NCBI GenBank assembly: GCA_029778565.1
Contig: JAKOQC010000187.1
Coordinates: 2,615 to 66,614, forward strand
DNA length: 64,000 nucleotides
Origin: a bacterium
Lineage (GTDB): Bacteria; Patescibacteriota; Saccharimonadia; CAILAD01; BJGX01
Direction of reading: 5' to 3'
In this document: in pieces, positions 18,800 to 27,516 of the stretch
Layout: every line of letters begins with the position of its first letter
Numbering within the stretch: the stretch's first letter is position 1
Translations under genes and position numbers: made by a program
The notes under the pieces: generated by a model
What the model was told of the DNA's origin: nothing
The model's input: only the letters and a program-made list of their open reading frames with translations
The model's database searches: none

Positions 18800-19035
18800 A
18801 GTGTTTATTTGTTGTGCCTAATAGCTCCACTGAGTAGCTACCCTCCCTTCTCTCCAATCCCTCTGCCCGAATGCGGGTGTCTAGTGCCTGCCCTATCAAA
18901 AGGTGATAGTTCCTGCCAGTACCCATTCGGTATAGAGTAAATTGTCGGTTGGTCGGTTCGTAGTCCCTGGAATTAACCACCTGCTACGACTCAGGCCCGA
19001 AGCGATTACTCGCTCTATAACCTAGTATGTATAGG
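18800..19035. other. GC-rich, hairpin-dense non-coding block (candidate structured RNA or long leader)
   Basis: Clearly higher G+C than its flanks. Several perfect local hairpins (CCCG-aatg-CGGG; CTATCA-aaagg-TGATAG; AGCGA-ttact-CGCT). No convincing ORF. Lies upstream of the RHH gene on the minus strand. Confidence 0.25.
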
Positions 19036-19244
19036 GCTTGACAAGTTGTTAGGTTAATTTGGAAGAAAATTAATAAATAGTAAAAATACCTTTATAAAGG
19101 CAAAATAAATACACATAAGCCTCTAACTGTCAGTTTTTTTTTTATGTTAATTTATATCTGTTAAGATATAAAAAGTAGTAATTATATATGTTCTAAAAAG
19201 CATATATTTTACAGAGTGAAAGGGTACTAATAGGTGTACTAGGA

Positions 19245-19273
19245 GAATAAAAAAAGCCCCCAGTAGGGGCTAG
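19245..19273 (-). terminator. rho-independent terminator for the 19317..20033 gene
   Basis: AGCCCC-cagta-GGGGCT stem with an A8 tract on the plus strand (T-run on the minus strand). Confidence 0.6.
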
Positions 19274-19316
19274 CAAAATTTATTGACTGGACTATTAGAT
19301 CAACCTACATCAATGG

Positions 19317-20033
19317 CTAGTTCTTAACATAGAAGTCCATAAGTTTTCCACCGCGATATCTTAAGTCCATATTAACGCTATCCGCTGGCCAGACTTCGTA
19401 ATTGATGATGTAATGGCCTGCTACAGGAAAATCTAAAGCCCCACCACAAACTGGCACGCCAGCGTCTGGATAAACTGTAGGGTTTGCCGAGAAACTACCA
19501 CCAGGTATCGAGAAGGTTCCATCTGGACCAGCAGTTATGGAACAATCCTTTAGTGGTAGAAATGTGCCTGTTACATTATCCTTAGCGACTATAGATAGTA
19601 CTAGGCCTGCAGGCAGAGGGCAGGGATTGCTCGCTGTTCCACAGGTTGTTATATTCTTCTGGTAAATATAAACTCCCCAATTTGTTACTTTTGGAGCTGG
19701 GGCGGAAGGTGATGGCTGTGCCTGATTACCACCCTTATTTGAACTAGTACTTGCAGAGCCTGTATTTGAACCCGTACTAGAACTAGGATTGGTGCTATTT
19801 GGATCTGGGTTATTAGCTAATAATGATTTGTCTTGAGAATTATTAGAAGTATCACCTCCAGATTTGTTTTCTGCATTCTGCTTATTGATAGAGGCGTGAG
19901 TATGATTTCGTCTAGCGTAAATTGCGCCAGTAGTTAATAATGCGGCTACTGACACCAACCCTATAAAAGCGAGCGACGATAAAATAAGATGACCTTTTGC
20001 AGAAACAATGACCTTACTAATAAATGTTTTCAT
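19317..20033 (-). CDS. membrane-anchored hypothetical protein with S/T/N/G-rich linker and Cys-containing C-terminal domain
   Basis: N-terminal TM helix, about 80 aa of low-complexity linker, then a domain of about 120 aa with 6 Cys. No family recognised. Confidence 0.55.
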   Translation of the reverse strand: MKTFISKVIVSAKGHLILSSLAFIGLVSVAALLTTGAIYARRNHTHASINKQNAENKSGGDTSNNSQDKSLLANNPDPNSTNPSSSTGSNTGSASTSSNKGGNQAQPSPSAPAPKVTNWGVYIYQKNITTCGTASNPCPLPAGLVLSIVAKDNVTGTFLPLKDCSITAGPDGTFSIPGGSFSANPTVYPDAGVPVCGGALDFPVAGHYIINYEVWPADSVNMDLRYRGGKLMDFYVKN

Positions 20034-20280
20034 GTTAGTTGAATCTTGCTCTATTTCTTATTATTTGTCAATATACGTACTCCTTCTATGCCTTGTTAAT
20101 AACCAGTTGACAAGTGTGCTAAAATAACATACAATCTTGATGATATAAAAATCAAAACATCCCTCAAGGATGTTTTTTATATTCAAACAAGAATAAATTA
20201 GTTGTACAATAATGTTTACATACGTAGTATTACGCTGTAATATATAAGCATAAGCATATAAGCTTACTGGCAGGTGATAC

Positions 20281-20310
20281 AAAAAAAGCCCCTAATAGGG
20301 GCTTTTTTTG
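20281..20310. terminator. bidirectional hairpin A7-AGCCCC-taat-AGGGGCT-T7
   Basis: Read directly. Same stem family as 19255. No obvious gene ends here. Confidence 0.4.
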
Positions 20311-20319
20311 TTAAGAAGA

Positions 20320-20348
20320 TTGTAAGCATATCCGAAATGTGATATTAT
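20320..20348 (+). promoter_or_regulatory. sigma70-like promoter TTGTAA-N17-TATTAT upstream of the tRNA-like gene
   Basis: Hexamers and 17-nt spacer read directly. The hexamers end about 35 nt before the tRNA 5' end. Confidence 0.4.
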
Positions 20349-20383
20349 GGTTCCAATCTTGTGGTATCTGGCGTCTCATTGGG

Positions 20384-20459
20384 GCGTTAGTACAGCGGCA
20401 GTACAGGTAGCTTTATCACCTGCCAGACAGGAGTTCGAATCTCCTACGCTCCACCAAGT
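20384..20459 (+). tRNA. non-canonical tRNA-like gene (76 nt, CCA encoded, aberrant anticodon arm)
   Basis: Acceptor GGGGCGT/ACGCTCC. D-arm GTAC-agcggca-GTAC. T-arm AGGAG-ttcgaat-CTCCT. The only good anticodon-region helix (CAGGT/ACCTG) encloses a 9-nt loop AGCTTTATC and collides with the D-stem, so no 7-nt loop with a standard anticodon can be drawn. Confidence 0.5.
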
Positions 20460-20485
20460 GGGGCCGCCCAGACTCACGAGGTAGC

Positions 20486-20512
20486 AAACAGCCGCGAAAG
20501 CGGCTGTTTTGC
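20486..20512 (+). terminator. terminator hairpin AAACAGCCGC-gaaa-GCGGCTGTTT plus T-run
   Basis: Read directly. Paralogous to the hairpin after tRNA-Trp. Confidence 0.55.
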
Positions 20513-20621
20513 ATATAAAAGTATAATTGCTATAAAATTATGTCTACCAATCAGATTGGCCTATTGTTAAGGTTCTATGTGTGCCTTATAATCTACATAT
20601 AACAAATTTAATTTTTATCCA

Positions 20622-21269
20622 ATGATATATTGTACTAACTGTGGTAAACAGATTGATGATGATAGTAAATTTTGCCCTTTTTGTGGTGCCGCGGTAGTAG
20701 AAAATGAACAGGCAGACGTAGAAGATAACACTCAACAGAATAGTCCGCTTTGGGATAAGTTTGTCGAGATTAGAGATGCCAAGGGTGAGAAGCGAGAGAA
20801 ATACCTAAACTTTATTCCAGATGCCACCTGGACAGTTATGAAAAACATGCGTGAGAACGTATTAGACGAGCTGAAACAGGCATATCCTGAAGAAATCGGC
20901 AATTTGCCTTATAAAGACGTAGAAATTATTCTTAGCTTCTTCTCAATTGCCCAAAGAGATGGATATATAGTAAAACTATCAAACAGGCTTCTCAAAGACT
21001 CAAGAATCAAAAAAGCCAAAGACTTAACCGTAGACCATCTTGTCTCTCGTTGGCAGAGAGAGCTTGATATGGATGTTGAAAAAGTTACTGAGCCAGAAGA
21101 GCTAAACATATTGAATCTTATTAGTGTGTTTGATATTGACCAAGTTCTAGAGGACGAGAAAATAAAAGAACTTCCAAATAAAGTTATTGAGTCAATCAAA
21201 ACGGACTTTTATAAACTGACTTACTGGGGGTTCATTTTGGCACTTGTTGAGGAGAAACTTCAAAAATGA
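20622..21269 (+). CDS. zinc-ribbon-domain protein (N-terminal CxxCG...CPFCG), cytoplasmic
   Basis: 215 aa. First of four translationally coupled genes with ATGA overlaps. Confidence 0.55.
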   Translation: MIYCTNCGKQIDDDSKFCPFCGAAVVENEQADVEDNTQQNSPLWDKFVEIRDAKGEKREKYLNFIPDATWTVMKNMRENVLDELKQAYPEEIGNLPYKDVEIILSFFSIAQRDGYIVKLSNRLLKDSRIKKAKDLTVDHLVSRWQRELDMDVEKVTEPEELNILNLISVFDIDQVLEDEKIKELPNKVIESIKTDFYKLTYWGFILALVEEKLQK

Positions 21270-21868
21270 CATCAAAGTATTGTCCAAAGTGTGGTGCTAA
21301 ACTTGCACCTGGTGCAAAGTTTTGTGCTAAATGTGGGCATCCAGTTAAGCAAGAGGAAACAAACGTCGTAAAAAAAGAGCCAGAAGACACCAAGTCAGTT
21401 GCTAGTTCCACGGATAGTACCCAGAATAAGTATGAAGGTGTAAATGGCTGGCTGTTGTTATATACAATTGGTCTAGTAGCAGGCATTGGATTCAGTATCT
21501 TTAACTTTATATCTTATGTTGCATTGGCATTAAAGTTTGACGTAAATGCTGAGGGTGCGAGTGTCGTTATTGGAATATACCTTATACTTGGTTTTGGTTT
21601 CGCAATTTTGCTTGCTATCCAAAGCATTGCACTAGTTCAAATTATCCGTAGGAAGAAGTCAGCTAAGATTTTTGTAGTAATATCATTGGTTTACGGTTTT
21701 CTATTATATCTTGCTGATGCTGGGATTGCGGGCTGGGCGTACGAGCTTGCAAAAGAGACCGCTCCATCTGACCTTTATGGTGGTGCGGGAAGAGCATTTT
21801 TCGCTTTAGCTATTTGGCTACCTTACTTCTTGGTTTCGAAACGAGTTAAACAAACCCTAGTAAAATGA
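21266..21868 (+). CDS. zinc-ribbon-domain membrane protein
   Basis: 200 aa. N-terminal CPKCG...CAKCG followed by 4 to 5 TM helices. Confidence 0.55.
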   Translation: MTSKYCPKCGAKLAPGAKFCAKCGHPVKQEETNVVKKEPEDTKSVASSTDSTQNKYEGVNGWLLLYTIGLVAGIGFSIFNFISYVALALKFDVNAEGASVVIGIYLILGFGFAILLAIQSIALVQIIRRKKSAKIFVVISLVYGFLLYLADAGIAGWAYELAKETAPSDLYGGAGRAFFALAIWLPYFLVSKRVKQTLVK

Positions 21869-22479
21869 AAAAATGTGGTCACTGTGGGGCAGAAAACCCC
21901 GATTCTGCCAAATTCTGCAAGAAATGTGGCGAGTCTCTGGATGATGCTGTAGAGGGTGAGATTGTTGATGCCCCAAAAGCAATAAAGAAAGAGAGCAAAG
22001 TAAAGACCATCTTTGAAGGTATAGGCGGCTTCCTGATTATGTTGGTTGTCTTTGCGGCACTAATTTTTCTAATCTTTGCATTTATAAAAGGTGCAACTTT
22101 CCTTAGTGAAAAGCTGTTGCCGATTCTAGTAAAAATAGTTATTCCACTTTTAATAATAGAGTTATGTGTTGTTTTACCTTTAGCCTTATCAAAAAAACTA
22201 AAAGGTACAGCGGGAGTAATCGTTTATATTGGCTCATATGTATATGGCTTAACAGCATGGTTAATAGGCTTTATTGTGACCTTATACTATTGGGGAGTTT
22301 TCTGGGTGATAGTCGGCCTTTTCATAGCTGGAATTGGGGTAGCGCCTTTTGGGATAGTGGCAGGAGGCCTTAATGGCCAGTGGGCAGTAGTATTTAACTT
22401 AATTGTACTAATTGTGTTAACCTACGGCTCCAGAATGCTTGGTGCGAAGCTAGCCGAAGATGCTGACGAAGGTGTATGA
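21865..22479 (+). CDS. zinc-ribbon-domain membrane protein
   Basis: 204 aa. N-terminal CGHCG...CKKCG followed by multiple TM helices. Confidence 0.55.
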   Translation: MKKCGHCGAENPDSAKFCKKCGESLDDAVEGEIVDAPKAIKKESKVKTIFEGIGGFLIMLVVFAALIFLIFAFIKGATFLSEKLLPILVKIVIPLLIIELCVVLPLALSKKLKGTAGVIVYIGSYVYGLTAWLIGFIVTLYYWGVFWVIVGLFIAGIGVAPFGIVAGGLNGQWAVVFNLIVLIVLTYGSRMLGAKLAEDADEGV

Positions 22480-22775
22480 AGAAGACAGACACAACTCTTT
22501 GGGTATCTATTGGAATAATTGCATCTGTAATTGTTATTATCTTTGTTGTCGTTATTCTAGTAATTGCGAGCAAAGGGTCAAGTACTGATTCGATAACCGA
22601 TACTTGTTCAAATCCACAAATTAAGGGCAACATTAGCAAATCTGGTGAAAAAATCTATCACAAGCCTGGTGATATGTATTACTCACAAACCGAGATAAAC
22701 GAAAGTGCTGGTGAAAAAATGTTTTGTACTGAAAAAGACGCCCAAGACGCTGGCTGGCGACATTCTAAGATTTAA
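22476..22775 (+). CDS. small membrane-anchored protein with conserved C-terminal module (GNISKSGEKIYHKPGDMYY...FCTEKDAQDAGWR)
   Basis: 99 aa: TM helix plus a 60-aa domain. From memory, the motif resembles a short module found at the C-termini of some Firmicutes secreted nucleases. This is unverified. Confidence 0.45.
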   Translation: MKKTDTTLWVSIGIIASVIVIIFVVVILVIASKGSSTDSITDTCSNPQIKGNISKSGEKIYHKPGDMYYSQTEINESAGEKMFCTEKDAQDAGWRHSKI

Positions 22776-22839
22776 GAAATAAAAACATTAGACTATTTTT
22801 TGGTATACTAATGTTAATAATACTTATCTAGGAGAGTGT

Positions 22840-23760
22840 ATGGATAAAGAAAACCATAAGTTAGAAAAGGCTGAAGATAAACAAGTAAAACTAGATGAAC
22901 AGGGGAATAAGTCTGAAGATGGAATTGATAAACTTCAAACGAAACCATGGTATAAAAAAACCTGGGTAATAATACTAGCCTTGGTATTATTTTTCCCGTT
23001 AGGCCTTTTGCTGACTTGGCTATCCGATTGGAAATTATCAATGAAAATACTCGCAACTGGTATAGTGATTGTCTTATTTTCACTACTTATTTACTCAAGC
23101 ATCACAGCAAAACCTCTTATTACAGTTAATAGTCCGAATAATGGTCAAGAAATAGAAACAGAAAGTATTGATATTACTGGTAACGTCAATCCCGCTTGGT
23201 CCAAGCTCCAAGTTAACGATATGAACGTAGAATTAAAACCCGATGGTACGTTTAGTTCCAATGTTAAATTGCAACAGGGACAAAATACAATCAAATTATC
23301 AGCAATAAACTCTGGTAAGACAACAGAGTTAACAGTAGGGGTTAAACGATTAACTGCTGCAGAAATCGCAGCTCGAAAAGTTGCTGAAACTCCAAAACAA
23401 GCAACCCCAACTCCCACAGAAAAAGAACTAAGCTACAGCGTAATCAGTGAAAATAAACGAGGAACCTTAAATCGAGTAGAGGTTTATACTACGGAAACAT
23501 CAGATGACAGATTGATTAAACTAAATGATAAACTATTAGATCAATATAAACCTGGCCTAACCATACTATATATTGATTACTTTAATGATAAAACGGTTGC
23601 AAGCGATTATTTTAGTAAGCAAAACGACCCGAATATTAGTGAAGCAGAGAAGGATCAACTCTATACACATTACATTGCTAACTTGGTCTATAATACTAAT
23701 AGTGGGTTAAAAGAATTAGTTAGACAGGGTGATAATCAGAAAGTATTGAAAACATACTAA
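22840..23760 (+). CDS. membrane-anchored hypothetical protein with Ig-like beta domain
   Basis: 306 aa. Basic N-terminus, two TM helices, then a beta-rich segment (ITVNSPNNGQEIETESIDITGNV...) and an alpha/beta C-terminal domain. Confidence 0.5.
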   Translation: MDKENHKLEKAEDKQVKLDEQGNKSEDGIDKLQTKPWYKKTWVIILALVLFFPLGLLLTWLSDWKLSMKILATGIVIVLFSLLIYSSITAKPLITVNSPNNGQEIETESIDITGNVNPAWSKLQVNDMNVELKPDGTFSSNVKLQQGQNTIKLSAINSGKTTELTVGVKRLTAAEIAARKVAETPKQATPTPTEKELSYSVISENKRGTLNRVEVYTTETSDDRLIKLNDKLLDQYKPGLTILYIDYFNDKTVASDYFSKQNDPNISEAEKDQLYTHYIANLVYNTNSGLKELVRQGDNQKVLKTY

Positions 23761-23849
23761 GCCAGTACTTGTGGCTTTGTTAGTATAATTGCGTTTCTAA
23801 CTTCTTCTATAGTGCCCTGCCAAAGTACTAAAGTACTTATGCTTAAATC

Positions 23850-24356
23850 ATGAAAAATAATACAACGGTTAAATGCCCAAGTTGCGGGAAAGAAGTAATT
23901 GGCCTCGAGCGTGAGGTTCGTACTGTATATCCAGACGATGCTGCAGAGATTATCAAAGATGACCCAGACAGCAAAAAGATTGAAACGTGGGGCCCAGATT
24001 TTATACGTCTCGGCAAACAACGCTACTTTGTACGCGTTATGTTACCAGTAAAATTAGATGTTGGTCATGAGTTTAGGTTTGGCGTTTGGATGGAGGTTGG
24101 TCAAGAGACAATTACTGATTTAAAAAAGGTCTGGAATAGCTCTGAATATGTAAAGGTTAGCTTTGAAGGAATACTTGCAAACGCTGTTCCCCCATGGGGA
24201 GATACAATCCTTGGTGCTGAATGTAAGGCAGAAGTTCGTGATGCTAAAAGTGTACCCTTTATTAAATCTTCTAATAATTTAGAGCTTTCAGAAATACTAA
24301 GCAAGCCTACGTCAGTTCATGAAATAGAAACAGTTATAGCGGATGTTTGGAAATAA
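23850..24356 (+). CDS. DUF2199-like protein (N-terminal CPSCG zinc knuckle)
   Basis: 168 aa. The pattern VKCPSCGKE...RFGVWMEV recalls the DUF2199 family. Assigned from memory. Confidence 0.45.
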   Translation: MKNNTTVKCPSCGKEVIGLEREVRTVYPDDAAEIIKDDPDSKKIETWGPDFIRLGKQRYFVRVMLPVKLDVGHEFRFGVWMEVGQETITDLKKVWNSSEYVKVSFEGILANAVPPWGDTILGAECKAEVRDAKSVPFIKSSNNLELSEILSKPTSVHEIETVIADVWK

Positions 24357-24505
24357 TTCCTAAACTGTTAAAATACATATAGTAGTCCTAATATTGTCCA
24401 AAACGCCGTTCCAAGATAAAACCAGCATATGCCTGGTTTTTTATTACTTTTATGGCAATAAATTGCAAACAAAAATATGTTAAGATATAAGTTAATATAA
24501 GCTTT

Positions 24506-25564
24506 ATGAAACAAAAGAAGAATACAGATAGTTCTACAATAACTAGGTTATGTATTGTAATAAGTTGTTTTGTGTTGGCAGCTGTAAGCTTTTCGGTTTG
24601 GTACCAGCGCAATACTCAATTGGCAACATATAATTTAGTACAGTCAAAAATTAGTGAGCTCGAGGCACTACAAAAAGAAAACGAATTACAAACTGTTGAT
24701 ACACAAAAGCTACATCAGCAAGCAGAAACTGCCAAACAACAGATAAATAAGTTTGATTTTATTGCATCGTATCGAAATCTAGAACAATTAAAAAGCCTAA
24801 CCACTACCGATCAAGCTTTGCTTGATGAGGCAATATATAAACGCCAGGCCGAAGAGGCTGCACAGGCAGCCCTGGCCAAAAAAAGAGAAAGTGCGGTTGC
24901 TGCCAGCGGTAGCACCAATCAGCCGGGAACATTTGTACTGCCAATAGTTATGTATCATAAGCCACCAGCTAATTTTGCCGAACAAATGGAGGTGCTTAAG
25001 AATAAAGGCTATACAACGGTCCATATGAATGATGTAGCCAGTTTTATTGCTGGTCGAGCAAAACTACCACCAAAAGCTGCGGTTATTACATTTGATGATG
25101 GCTTTGCGGTGCAAAAAGATGTGATGGGTATATTACAAAAGAACAATCAAAAGGCTACACTTTATCTTATTGAAGGGGGTGGCATGAGCCATTATTGTAT
25201 TGGTCTTTTACGCAAAAACACTGCCTGTGGTGATGCTTATCTGTCTGTTCAGGATGTAAAGAATATGTTGAGTTCTAACTTGATCGAAATTGGTGACCAC
25301 ACCGTCGACCATCCCAACATGGCAGCGTTATCTCAGGCTGATCAACAGTTTCAGATAATAACCAACAAAGCTTTTTTAGAACAGACATTTGGGGTGCCAA
25401 TTACCACCTTTGCTTATCCATATGGTAATTATAATGGCACAACTGTTCGCTTACTGAAACAAGATGGGTTTTTGACAGCAGTAACAACCCAACCCGGTGT
25501 AGTACAAAGCTTTGATGAGCCATTATTGTTACGAAGAATACGTTCGACACTAGAGCTTCCCTAG
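24506..25564 (+). CDS. polysaccharide deacetylase (NodB homology domain) with N-terminal TM and coiled coil
   Basis: TFDDG, HTVDHP and FAYPYG motifs. Confidence 0.75.
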   Translation: MKQKKNTDSSTITRLCIVISCFVLAAVSFSVWYQRNTQLATYNLVQSKISELEALQKENELQTVDTQKLHQQAETAKQQINKFDFIASYRNLEQLKSLTTTDQALLDEAIYKRQAEEAAQAALAKKRESAVAASGSTNQPGTFVLPIVMYHKPPANFAEQMEVLKNKGYTTVHMNDVASFIAGRAKLPPKAAVITFDDGFAVQKDVMGILQKNNQKATLYLIEGGGMSHYCIGLLRKNTACGDAYLSVQDVKNMLSSNLIEIGDHTVDHPNMAALSQADQQFQIITNKAFLEQTFGVPITTFAYPYGNYNGTTVRLLKQDGFLTAVTTQPGVVQSFDEPLLLRRIRSTLELP

Positions 25565-25606
25565 ACAAGCGGTTAACCAACTTTCCCTTATGATATAATT
25601 ATACTT

Positions 25607-26284
25607 ATGCTTAAGACAGAGGGCCTGAAAAAGATTTATCATATGGGCGAGGTTATTGTACCGGCGCTGAATAATGTCTTTTTAGAGGTAGAAGATGGTG
25701 AAATGCTTTGTATTATGGGTAAATCTGGTTCTGGCAAGAGTACTTTGCTCCATATGCTTGGGCTGATTGATTCACCTACTAAGGGAAAGGTACTTTTTAA
25801 AGACCAAGATGTTAGTAAATTGTCTGAGTCTCGACGGTCTAAGATTCGTTTAAGTCAGATGGGCTTTGTGTTTCAGGAATATGCCTTGTTACCAGAGCTA
25901 ACAGCTGTAGAAAATGTGTATTTGCCAGCTAAAATGTTAGGTCGTTGGCCAAGTGAGTATCAAGACAGAGCCGCAACCTTGCTCGAATCGCTAGGTCTGC
26001 TCGATAGAATGCACCATCGCCCTCGTGAGCTTTCGGGCGGACAGCAGCAACGCGTGGCGATTGCTCGAGCAATGGTAAACAAACCCGAAATAATCTTTGC
26101 TGACGAACCAACTGCAAACTTAGATACAGCATCGGGTAAACAAGTAATGGATGCTCTGCGTTGGCTTAATGAGCAATTTGGTACTACAATCGTGTTTGTT
26201 TCTCACGATGCCGAAGATAAACTTTATGCCAAACGTGTTATTTATCTCTATGACGGCAAACTTTCAGAAGAGGAAGAAGATTAG
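25607..26284 (+). CDS. ABC transporter ATP-binding protein (MacB/LolD-type)
   Basis: Walker A GKSGSGKST, signature LSGGQQQRVAIARA, Walker B FADEPTANLD. Confidence 0.9.
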   Translation: MLKTEGLKKIYHMGEVIVPALNNVFLEVEDGEMLCIMGKSGSGKSTLLHMLGLIDSPTKGKVLFKDQDVSKLSESRRSKIRLSQMGFVFQEYALLPELTAVENVYLPAKMLGRWPSEYQDRAATLLESLGLLDRMHHRPRELSGGQQQRVAIARAMVNKPEIIFADEPTANLDTASGKQVMDALRWLNEQFGTTIVFVSHDAEDKLYAKRVIYLYDGKLSEEEED

Positions 26285-26286
26285 CT

Positions 26287-27492
26287 ATGCGAACCTTGCA
26301 AGTTGCATTGTTTATAGCTAGTAGATCTATCTTTCGGGGAAATTTTTGGCTTGGTGTAATGACAATTCTTATGATGGTATTGGTGTATCTAAATCTGCTG
26401 TTTGCACCATCATTATTACAGGGTGTAATTTTTCAGATGAACTCAAAATTACGTGATACGTTAGTGGGAGATATTACTGTAGAGAGCTCAACGCCCGGAG
26501 AGCTCATCTCTAACTCTTCTAAATTAGTTGATCAAATAACAACTATTGAAGGAGTAGATGCGGTAACTCAATCACGCACTCTCTCGGCCCAACTGCAACT
26601 CGCAAGCGAAAGAGGAACAGCAGAAGTATCGGGTATTGATGTTGAAAGCTTTAAAGATGTCTATTCTATTCCTAAATATATGATAGAAGGGAGTTTTTTA
26701 ACGCCCGGTGATAAAGACCAGATAGTACTTGGTGCGCAAATTGCCGGTGCTGGTAAGGCCAAGCTCGAACTGTACTCAGATAGCTTAAAAAATGCTCACG
26801 CAGGGGATGTGGTGACAGTAAAATTTGCCAATGGCGTAACTAAAAACTATACGGTAAAGGGTATTTATCAAACCGAGTTTGTACAGGCAGACTTAAAAAC
26901 ACTTATTACCGCCAGTGAGTTTACCCAGGTAATGCCAAGCAGTGTAGACAAAGCTAGTGCAATAAATGTAAAGCTCAAGCCAGGCGCTAATCAAGATAAA
27001 GTAAACCAACAAATACTCGCACTAAACTCAAATATTAAGACACGAACCTGGCAAGAGAGAGCCGGCTTTGTACAGAGCTATACCGAAAGTATACAGGTAA
27101 TTAATAAAATCTTGCGTGCAGTGGCTTTAGTAGTTGGTTTCTTAACAATCTTTATTATTACCTATGTCGATGTGGTAAACAAAAAGCGTCAAATTGGTAT
27201 AGAGAGGGCTATTGGTATTTCACCCCCAACGATTATTTTGGCTTATGAGCTTAGAGCATTGTTTTATACGTTTGTTGGCGCAGTAATTGGTGCAGTGCTG
27301 TTTATTACCGTAGTAGTTCCATTAGAGGCACGCTATCCATTCCATTTTCCTTTAGGGAATGTGTATTTAGATGTAAATACAGGCTTTATGATACGCAATG
27401 TGTTAATTTTATTACTCGTAAGTGTAGCGAGTGCCACGTTACCAGCCTGGCGAGCGGTATATGGAAAAATAGTTGAAGCCATCTGGGGATAG
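26287..27492 (+). CDS. ABC transporter permease, FtsX/MacB-like (4 TM, large periplasmic domain)
   Basis: 401 aa. One TM helix, a periplasmic domain of about 230 aa, then three TM helices. Follows the ATPase after a 2-nt gap. Confidence 0.8.
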   Translation: MRTLQVALFIASRSIFRGNFWLGVMTILMMVLVYLNLLFAPSLLQGVIFQMNSKLRDTLVGDITVESSTPGELISNSSKLVDQITTIEGVDAVTQSRTLSAQLQLASERGTAEVSGIDVESFKDVYSIPKYMIEGSFLTPGDKDQIVLGAQIAGAGKAKLELYSDSLKNAHAGDVVTVKFANGVTKNYTVKGIYQTEFVQADLKTLITASEFTQVMPSSVDKASAINVKLKPGANQDKVNQQILALNSNIKTRTWQERAGFVQSYTESIQVINKILRAVALVVGFLTIFIITYVDVVNKKRQIGIERAIGISPPTIILAYELRALFYTFVGAVIGAVLFITVVVPLEARYPFHFPLGNVYLDVNTGFMIRNVLILLLVSVASATLPAWRAVYGKIVEAIWG

Positions 27493-27516
27493 GAACCCAC
27501 GTGTTACAATACTTGC

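Noticed and set aside
18780-18980. 66-aa minus-strand ORF across the GC-rich block
   Set aside because: It overlaps the start of the better-supported RHH gene in another frame. The region looks structural or RNA-like rather than coding.
18800-19035. Tried to read the GC-rich block as RNase P RNA or tmRNA
   Set aside because: None of the universally conserved strings was found on either strand. These are the AGGAAAGUCCGGGCUCC and ACAGAACCCGGCUUA strings of RNase P RNA, and the tmRNA 5' GGGG...tRNA-like 3' GGUUCGAnUCC...CCA. The identity is left open rather than forced.
20061-20282. 73-aa minus-strand ORF in the AT-rich spacer
   Set aside because: An extremely AT-rich promoter-like region. 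The ORF is a chance open frame ending in the terminator hairpin.
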